Origin: an uncultured virus (IMG/VR IMGVR_UViG_2617271265_000001)
Taxonomy: Duplodnaviria; Heunggongvirae; Uroviricota; Caudoviricetes
Length of the DNA stretch: 64,000 nt
Strand: one strand, 5' to 3'
IMG/VR virus record: IMGVR_UViG_2617271265_000001
In this document: piece after piece, positions 48,512-55,086 of the stretch
How the letters are laid out: the number at the start of each line of letters is the position of its first letter
Position numbering within the stretch: the stretch's first letter is position 1
Program-made: the position numbers and the translations under genes
Notes under the pieces: generated by a model
What the model was told of the DNA's origin: nothing
The model's input: only the letters and a program-made list of their open reading frames with translations
Databases searched by the model: none

Positions 48512-49070
48512 ATTGACTTATGCGGACATCATTGCACGCGAGACCAAATATAAAACCTTGGCTGACTTAAGCGATCGTATGGCGGCGTTGGATAAAAGCA
48601 AGGTGATGACGACACTCGTCGAGCTGCTCGACGATGAATTTATTCCGTTGCTTGCCGAAAAGTGGAGTGTAACTGGTTATGACGGCTCATTTTTAGCTGA
48701 AAACGACCAATCCAAGCGTAGCTTAATCAAAGTCGCCATCGAATTGCACCGATACAAGGGCACACCGTGGTCAATTCGCGAAGTATTACGCCGTTTAGGG
48801 TTTGGTGAAATTGAAATCGACGAAGGCTTGAAAGCACGAACCTACGAACACAAGTTTGTGCAAACCATCCCGCTAAGCGACAAGTGGGCATATTACGCCA
48901 TCCGCTTAAATCAACCGATTACCAACGAACAAGGGCAACAACTGCGCAAAATATTACGCAATTTCTCACCGGCGCGTTGCACATTAGCGGTGCTGGATTA
49001 CAAATCCGTGCCGGTACGTTACAACAACAAAGCCCGTTATAACGGCAGTTATAACCATGGTTCAAACTAA
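48504..49070 (+). CDS. Tail protein I-like
   Basis: AIELHRYKGTPWSIR, PARC.L. Confidence 0.85.
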   Translation: MAKLTYADIIARETKYKTLADLSDRMAALDKSKVMTTLVELLDDEFIPLLAEKWSVTGYDGSFLAENDQSKRSLIKVAIELHRYKGTPWSIREVLRRLGFGEIEIDEGLKARTYEHKFVQTIPLSDKWAYYAIRLNQPITNEQGQQLRKILRNFSPARCTLAVLDYKSVPVRYNNKARYNGSYNHGSN

Positions 49071-49108
49071 GTTAAAACAAGGTTTAAACGACATTTAAAG
49101 GATGTTTT

Positions 49109-51007
49109 ATGGCGAATTTAAAAGAACAAGAAAAGTGGGACGGCATCTACCAAATCGAAGAAAACGACCCTGTACTCGGGGGTGAAAACGGGATTACAAA
49201 CAAGCCGATCAAACAGCTTGCTAACCGAACTTTATGGCTTAAAAAAGCCCTTGAATTATTAACGGGCAAATCTAAACCCAAAGATTTAACAGCAGAAAGC
49301 ACCAGTGTTGCAGATAAAAATGGTCATAGTCATGCACTCCCAAAAAGTTCGACAAGCCAGCAAGGTGTTGTGCAATTAGATTCGGCAACAAACAGCACGG
49401 CGGAAGATAAAGCGGCAACGCCGAAAGCAGTAAAAATAGCTTATGATAAAGGCGTCGAAGCTAAATCTACAGCGGATAAAGCACAAAAAACTGCAGAGGA
49501 AAAGCTGCCTCTTTCCGGCGGGAAACTAACGGGTAATCTGTCTATAGACAACGGGAGTAATTACAATAGTATTTATCACTACAATACGTCAGGTAAGTAC
49601 ACATTATCACAAGGCAGCCCAGATACGTCGCCTAATTTCTATGCGATTGCTTATTTTAATACAGATGGCACAAGAGAGAACGCTGCTTTTTTCCCAAAAA
49701 GTGGCGCCACGGAATTCGTTGCTTATCAAAGTTGGGTGACAGATAAAATATCCGATTATATTCCGAATAGTAAAAGATCAAACGCAACTAATAGTGCTAG
49801 TCGCGATACGGTTGCGACGAGTTTTGCTGCTAAGACCGCCTTTGACAAAGGTGTTGAAGCTAAACATGCAGCTGATACTGCAAATGATAACGCAAATGGC
49901 CGAGTATCAAAATCAGGCGACACGATGACCGGACATTTAACTATAAAAGCCAATGGTTCTGACTATTCTTCAATGCGGACATATAATACGGCAGGCAGAC
50001 ACGCCCGCTGGGAAAGCGCGCCGGAATCGTCAAGTTATTTTGCTGCGATTATCAACGTGAATAGTGATGGAGCAATTGAGCACCGGGCGTTAATCAGAAA
50101 AAGAAGTGGCACATTAGCATTTGATGAAGATGTGGCTCTGAAAGCGCCGAAATCGGAACCCGTGTTTATAACCGATAAAATATATACGAATTTGGATGCC
50201 GTCCCCGATGGCACATCATTTTTCGGGTTTCATAGTACTGCAAAAAATATTCCGTCGGATTGGATTAATTCAAATGCGGATTTGAACGGCTTCCAAGTCG
50301 GTGCAAGTTATCAAAAATTCCAAATCGTTGTCGCCACTGCGGGTGATATCAGAATCAGACTCAATGATGATGGCACTAATTGGTCATCGTGGGAAAAATT
50401 TGCCATGATATCCGATGTTAAATGGGCAACACTCAAAGACAAACCGGCGACTGCGACACGCTGGCCGACTTGGAGCGAGGTAACGAGTAAACCCTCAACA
50501 TTCCCGCCATCATCGCATAATCACGCATGGACACAAATTACAAATGCACCGTCAACTGCGACGCGCTGGCCAACTTGGAGCGAGGTAACGAGTAAACCCT
50601 CAACATTCCCGCCATCATCGCATAATCACGCATGGACACAAATTACAAATGCACCGTCAACTGCGACACGCTGGCCGACTTGGAGCGAGGTAACGAGTAA
50701 ACCCTCAACATTCCCGCCATCATCGCATAATCACGCATGGACACAAATTACAAATGCACCGTCAACTGCGACGCGCTGGCCAACTTGGAGCGAGGTAACA
50801 GGGAAACCGCAAGTTGTGCAAGATGTGCGTCTGGGCGCAACGGTCAGCAGAAAATTAGGTGATGAAGAGTGGCAAACTCATGGTGCGGGTTATGTTGTGA
50901 CCGGATTTTATAATTACACCAGTGATTTAAATAGTAATGACTGGGTTTATGTTAAACCAATCCAGAAAAATATAAACGGCACATGGGTGACTGTGGCAAA
51001 TGCGTGA
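49109..51007 (+). CDS. Tail fibre protein (Mu-like phage)
   Basis: DPVLGG...KQLANRT N-terminus, GVVQL..AATPKAVK, 35-aa HxH repeats, VQDVRLG tip. Confidence 0.92.
   Translation: MANLKEQEKWDGIYQIEENDPVLGGENGITNKPIKQLANRTLWLKKALELLTGKSKPKDLTAESTSVADKNGHSHALPKSSTSQQGVVQLDSATNSTAEDKAATPKAVKIAYDKGVEAKSTADKAQKTAEEKLPLSGGKLTGNLSIDNGSNYNSIYHYNTSGKYTLSQGSPDTSPNFYAIAYFNTDGTRENAAFFPKSGATEFVAYQSWVTDKISDYIPNSKRSNATNSASRDTVATSFAAKTAFDKGVEAKHAADTANDNANGRVSKSGDTMTGHLTIKANGSDYSSMRTYNTAGRHARWESAPESSSYFAAIINVNSDGAIEHRALIRKRSGTLAFDEDVALKAPKSEPVFITDKIYTNLDAVPDGTSFFGFHSTAKNIPSDWINSNADLNGFQVGASYQKFQIVVATAGDIRIRLNDDGTNWSSWEKFAMISDVKWATLKDKPATATRWPTWSEVTSKPSTFPPSSHNHAWTQITNAPSTATRWPTWSEVTSKPSTFPPSSHNHAWTQITNAPSTATRWPTWSEVTSKPSTFPPSSHNHAWTQITNAPSTATRWPTWSEVTGKPQVVQDVRLGATVSRKLGDEEWQTHGAGYVVTGFYNYTSDLNSNDWVYVKPIQKNINGTWVTVANA
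50450..50799 (+). repeat. 105-bp tandem repeat x3.3 within the tail fibre
   Basis: Units start at 50450, 50555, 50660 and 50765. Confidence 0.95.
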
Positions 51008-51017
51008 GGACGATAAA

Positions 51018-51737
51018 ATGATTTTAAAAAACTGCAAACCATATGAGCCGGTAGAAAAAATCTACGGCGAAGATGTTATCTATTTACAAGATGAAAGCGG
51101 TGCGGATTGGTATGAATCACAAAAAGAATTTAAAGCTGACACCATGAAAGCTGTATATGACAAACACGGCGTGATTGTCTCTTGCTCAAGAGATGTGTCG
51201 GCACTGTTCCCGCTTGATTGTAGCGTTATTGAAGTTGATACGGATAAAGCTGACTTGCTTGGGTTGTATGTTATCAACGAGAATGTGATTTTTGAGCCGA
51301 AGCCATCAAATGCGCATGAATGGAACGGTAAAGGCTGGATTATTTCAGCTGAAAATCAGACCGCGCTTTTAACACAAAAGAAAGACGAGTTAATTGAGCA
51401 ACTCGCAAAAAAGACTGACACGCTCAAATCATCGTTGTTAGTCGGCTACCCGCAAACCGAAATCGACAGCTTTTACCGCCAAGAAAAAGAAGCCTTGGCT
51501 TATCAGGTCAATTCGAAAGCTGATACGCCAATGCTGCGCCAGATTGCGCAAGTGCGCGGTATCCCGTTTGATGTGTTAGTCGCAAAAGTGATTGAAAAAT
51601 CGAGCCAATTTGCAGTTACCATTGGGGCAATAATCGGCGCACGACAGGCGTTTGAAGATCGGATTCTGGCGGCAACTGAACAATCACAGCTTGACGAAAT
51701 TGAAAGAGAGGTCAACGCATGGCAACTGTCTATTTAG
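51018..51737 (+). CDS. Tail fibre assembly protein
   Basis: YLQDESGADWYESQ, SALFP, HEWNGKGW. Confidence 0.85.
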   Translation: MILKNCKPYEPVEKIYGEDVIYLQDESGADWYESQKEFKADTMKAVYDKHGVIVSCSRDVSALFPLDCSVIEVDTDKADLLGLYVINENVIFEPKPSNAHEWNGKGWIISAENQTALLTQKKDELIEQLAKKTDTLKSSLLVGYPQTEIDSFYRQEKEALAYQVNSKADTPMLRQIAQVRGIPFDVLVAKVIEKSSQFAVTIGAIIGARQAFEDRILAATEQSQLDEIEREVNAWQLSI

Positions 51738-52201
51738 CGCTATACAAAGACGCCGGCGGCAGCCTTTATGACCGATTGAGTGATTGGCTAATCCGAAAAA
51801 TTACCCGTGGACAATATTCACACTGTGAAATCGCAGTGGAGAGACTGGAAAATTGGGGAGAATATGACTATCGTCCGGTTTATGACTGCTATAGCGCAAG
51901 CCCAAGAGACGGTGGCGTGCGGTGTAAGCAAATCAATATTAAAGATGGCAAGTGGGATGTCATCCCGCTTGATAATATCAGCCCCCAACAAATCATAGCC
52001 TATTTTAACCGCACTTTGGGCGCAAAATATGACTGGTGGGGAGCAATAGGTATTGCGTTAGGCATCAACCAAAAACGCTCAAAATATTTTTGCAGCGAAT
52101 GGTGTTTTAATGCAATTCACAATTGTGAGGAGGGTTGGCGATTTAGTCCAAATCAGTTGGCTGTGATACATCAGATGGAGGTTTACCCTGCACAAAGTTA
52201 A
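51719..52201 (+). CDS. Permuted papain-like (NlpC/P60-related) protein
   Basis: YSHCEI (His) precedes KYD and FCSEW (Cys). Confidence 0.6.
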   Translation: MATVYLALYKDAGGSLYDRLSDWLIRKITRGQYSHCEIAVERLENWGEYDYRPVYDCYSASPRDGGVRCKQINIKDGKWDVIPLDNISPQQIIAYFNRTLGAKYDWWGAIGIALGINQKRSKYFCSEWCFNAIHNCEEGWRFSPNQLAVIHQMEVYPAQS

Positions 52202-52270
52202 ACAATAAAAAGACGGCGATAACAACCACACTGCAATGCGGTTGTTACCAGCTACGCAGACATACCTGCT

Positions 52271-52381
52271 GATGACAAATGGGATAATTGGCAGGTGTTT
52301 GAGGACTATCAACGTATTACATTACAGACAAATGCAAATTACAACAGTCGATACGAAGATAATTTAGTCTATAAGTTTTAG
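52271..52381 (+). pseudogene. C-terminal remnant of a mom-position DNA adenine methylase (HI1523/Hia5-like)
   Basis: DDKWDNWQVFEDYQRITLQTNANYNSRYEDNLVYKF* resembles the recalled FluMu HI1523 C-terminus; no start codon or catalytic part remains. Confidence 0.7.
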
Positions 52382-52387
52382 AGAAGA

Positions 52388-52412
52388 AAGGCTTAGTTGT
52401 TCGCTAAGCCTT
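52388..52412. terminator. Bidirectional terminator
   Basis: AAGGCTTAG-TTGTTCG-CTAAGCCTT. Confidence 0.7.
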
Positions 52413-52417
52413 ATTCA

Positions 52418-52684
52418 TTATTCTTCATCTAATTCGGATAATAGGCAATAAAACGGTGAGGCAAAAGGGGCAAGTGTCGAGATAAATTTTACCACGCTGT
52501 CTTTACGACCATCTTCAACAAATCGAATATCTAAAAAAGCTATATCATAAATAAAGGTTTGTCCACGTCCGTTAGGTAGGGAATATTGTGAACCGTCCGC
52601 GATAAAATCAACCTGTTCTTTTACGGCAATCAGGGCTAATTCTTGCATCATTTCTTGTTCGCTTCTCATTTTAAATGTGGTCAT
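52418..52684 (-). CDS. Hypothetical protein (88 aa) at the Mu right end
   Basis: MTTFKMRSEQEMM...; AGGAAA RBS. Confidence 0.6.
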   Translation of the reverse strand: MTTFKMRSEQEMMQELALIAVKEQVDFIADGSQYSLPNGRGQTFIYDIAFLDIRFVEDGRKDSVVKFISTLAPFASPFYCLLSELDEE

Positions 52685-52847
52685 TTTGTTGTTTCCTGTT
52701 TTGCTTAATATGTGTACAGGATTGCTCTGTTCGGTGGGTATAGCAAGTCTTGATTGAGGAAATAACAACTGACTGCGGTCAATTTAAACTGGGGAGAGAT
52801 GGACGGCTGAATTTAAATGTCCTTTAATGATGATTTAAAGAGCATTT

Positions 52848-52953
52848 TGTTTCTCATATTTAGTGAATTTTAACCACTTAAAATGGGAAATTCGCAAATT
52901 TTAAATTTCCCATTTTTTGTGGTTGAGTTTCTCAAAATTCGTGGTCGGCAACA
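52848..52953 (-). promoter_or_regulatory. Mu right end with transposase-binding repeats
   Basis: Inverted ACCACGAATTTTGAGAAA and ACCACAAAAAATGGGAAA, plus an oppositely oriented copy at 52873; terminal CA at 52952-53. Confidence 0.8.
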
Positions 52954-53130
52954 ACCTTCAATGTCGGGTGCGGCAAACTGAAAAACAGCACACTATTTAA
53001 AATGGCAAGAAAAGGTTACAGCAAATCAATGTGCGGTCAATTTGAACGTTGGATTTACGCAAACGGAAAACCGCTAAAAGGCTTGATTGACCGCAGACAA
53101 AAGGAGAAAGCACTATGTTTAACTTCCTAA
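52954..53130 (+). pseudogene. Lysozyme, 3' part
   Basis: TFNVGCGKLKNSTLFK...CGQFERWIYANGKPLKGLIDRRQKEKALCLTS*; joins the 5' part in frame (172 aa in total). Confidence 0.95.
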
Positions 53131-53465
53131 CTTCAAAAGAAAAATGGGTGTTATTAGTTGGCCCGCTACTGCTCTTGCTTCTCATCTTGTTTCAAGGTTG
53201 GCAGGCTAACCACTGGCGCGCTGAAATGGTGAAAGAAGAACAGCTCAAAGCCAAATGGCAGGCTTCTTATATGGCGTTAAATGAACATGTACAACAATTT
53301 GCCGAACAGCAAAAGCAACTGACCCAAGCCGTCAATGAGCTAAAACATCAGCAAACAAAGCAAACACAGGATTTAAAAAATGCACTTAAACAACATCAAA
53401 CTTGGGCTGACAGCCCTATTCCTGACGGTGTGCGCGGCGTGCTCAACCGCCCCGCAAATCATTAA
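53115..53465 (+). CDS. Inner-membrane spanin (LysB/Rz-like)
   Basis: N-terminal TM, coiled coil, WADSPIPDGV. Confidence 0.85.
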   Translation: MFNFLTSKEKWVLLVGPLLLLLLILFQGWQANHWRAEMVKEEQLKAKWQASYMALNEHVQQFAEQQKQLTQAVNELKHQQTKQTQDLKNALKQHQTWADSPIPDGVRGVLNRPANH

Positions 53466-53649
53466 ACAGCCGATACTCTGCCCGCAAACGGCAGAGTGTG
53501 GTCAATTTTCGCCACAAATTCGCACTAACGGCGAACTGGCGGAAGCCTATCAACAGGCACAGCACCGTTTAAATTTATGCGTGGTTGAAAATCACAGCCT
53601 AAAAAAATGTATTGATGATTTTAATCAAAAGGAAAAAAACAATGACTGA
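53380..53649 (+). CDS. Outer-membrane spanin (LysC/Rz1-like lipoprotein)
   Basis: Lipobox CAA-C, CPQ..C, TNGEL; overlaps the Rz-like gene. Confidence 0.85.
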   Translation: MHLNNIKLGLTALFLTVCAACSTAPQIIKQPILCPQTAECGQFSPQIRTNGELAEAYQQAQHRLNLCVVENHSLKKCIDDFNQKEKNND

Positions 53650-53857
53650 TCAATTTGACCGTGCGCAACAATTAGAAGAAATGCAACGGGAAATCGCCCT
53701 GAAAAAACACCGCACTTTTAAGGCAGTCAGCCGTCTTTACTGTGAAGATTGCGATGCACCCATTCCCGAAAAACGCCGACAGCTTATTCACGGCGTCACC
53801 CGTTGTGTGATATGCCAAGAACGGGAAGAAAAACGCCAACGGAATTTTAGAAAATGA
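53642..53857 (+). CDS. TraR/DksA C4 zinc-finger protein
   Basis: DRAQ, CEDC..PIPE.RR, RCVICQ. Confidence 0.9.
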   Translation: MTDQFDRAQQLEEMQREIALKKHRTFKAVSRLYCEDCDAPIPEKRRQLIHGVTRCVICQEREEKRQRNFRK

Positions 53858-54321
53858 AAAAACCCAACCAACTGCGAAAAATCCTTGAGCAAAGTTTGCC
53901 GGATTTCATTGAAAACCCCGACCGCTTACAGCTTTACACGGACGGCGGGCAAATTATCGCTACCGGAGCAAACTCGTTCAGTTTTGAATATCGCTACACA
54001 CTCAACATCATTGTGACCGATTACGCCGGTGATATTGCTGCTTTGGTTGTACCGATGATTGCCTATCTTCGCACCAATCAACCGGAAATCTTTGAAAACC
54101 CCCAGTTGCGTGAAAATGCCTTCAAGTTTCAGGTGGATTACAACAATAACGACACGGCAGACATCAGTTTTGAAATCAAACTCACCGAACGTGTAGTATC
54201 GAAAAAAGACGGCGACAGCGTGCAACTTAATTATGCAAAAGAACCGGTGCTTGATGATCCGCGCCTTGTAAAAGTTTATTTGCAGACTTGGGATAATTTG
54301 ATTTTTGAGGGTGAAGTCTGA
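53854..54321 (+). CDS. Tail completion protein R
   Basis: MKKPNQLR, SFEYRYTLN, LTERV. Confidence 0.9.
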   Translation: MKKPNQLRKILEQSLPDFIENPDRLQLYTDGGQIIATGANSFSFEYRYTLNIIVTDYAGDIAALVVPMIAYLRTNQPEIFENPQLRENAFKFQVDYNNNDTADISFEIKLTERVVSKKDGDSVQLNYAKEPVLDDPRLVKVYLQTWDNLIFEGEV

Positions 54322-54779
54322 TGGCAACGGTGCAAGAAATCCAAGGAAAATTGACCGCACTTGTCAATAATCTATCGCCACAGTCTCGAAGACAACTGGC
54401 ACGCAACATCGGGCAAGCATTACGAAAAAGCCAATCGGCACGCATTGCAAGGCAACAAAATCCCGATGGATCAGCATTTGAGCCCCGCAAACCTCGTAAA
54501 AATTTTATACAAAAACAAGGACGAATTAAGCGCAAAGCCATGTTTGCCAAGCTCCGCACCGCCAAGCATTTAAAAGTGCGGTCAAATGGCAATGAAGTTT
54601 CAGTGGGCTTTAACGGCTCAAGTGCAGCGATTGCGGCAGTCCATCAATACGGGTTGAAATCAAGCCCGTCAAAAAACAAGGATTTTAAAGTGCAATATGC
54701 CCAACGGGAATTGTTGGGCTTTAGTGAAAATGATTTGGAAATAATTGAAGATTTAATTATTGAGCAATTAAGCCGTTAG
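54321..54779 (+). CDS. Tail completion protein S
   Basis: QQNPDGSAFEPRK, IAAVHQYG, RELLGF. Confidence 0.9.
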   Translation: MATVQEIQGKLTALVNNLSPQSRRQLARNIGQALRKSQSARIARQQNPDGSAFEPRKPRKNFIQKQGRIKRKAMFAKLRTAKHLKVRSNGNEVSVGFNGSSAAIAAVHQYGLKSSPSKNKDFKVQYAQRELLGFSENDLEIIEDLIIEQLSR

Positions 54780-55017
54780 ATTTTAGATGGTTACGAATGA
54801 TGTGCAACCAATAAGCATAAACAACTAACGCTGCCATTCCAAGAAAGAAATTAACTTCAACAAACCACAACACAGAACCAATCATCAACATATAAATGAA
54901 GATAGCCGGTGCAGCAATAATAAGAGAGACAAACCAAGGCATCGCAATTACGCCAAAACCGATTGCAAGCCCAAGTAAGCCAACAGTCAGAATAAATAGT
55001 GAAAGTATTGCAATCAT
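54757..55017 (-). CDS. Antisense hydrophobic membrane protein (86 aa), moron-like
   Basis: Almost entirely hydrophobic; AGGGGG RBS; TTGACA-18-AATAAT promoter (55068-55039). Confidence 0.75.
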   Translation of the reverse strand: MIAILSLFILTVGLLGLAIGFGVIAMPWFVSLIIAAPAIFIYMLMIGSVLWFVEVNFFLGMAALVVYAYWLHIIRNHLKSNGLIAQ

Positions 55018-55086
55018 ATTTCCCCCTTTGTTTAGCTGATTATTGAGCTAAATAATCAACCTTGTCAATAGAAAAGTGAGTAAAAA

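Larger units (their letters stand above)
18555..52953. mobile_element. Mu-like transposable prophage, 34,399 bp
   Basis: TG...CA termini flanked by 5-bp ACCTT duplication (18550-54, 52954-58). Carries repressor, ner, A, B, gam, mor, lysis, head and tail genes. Confidence 0.97.

Noticed and set aside
50450..50799. CRISPR array
   Set aside because: The repeats are contiguous 105-bp in-frame coding units with no unique spacers and no cas genes.
49109..52400. Gin-type invertible tail-fibre segment
   Set aside because: No invertase, no inverted second fibre end and no flanking inverted repeats seen.
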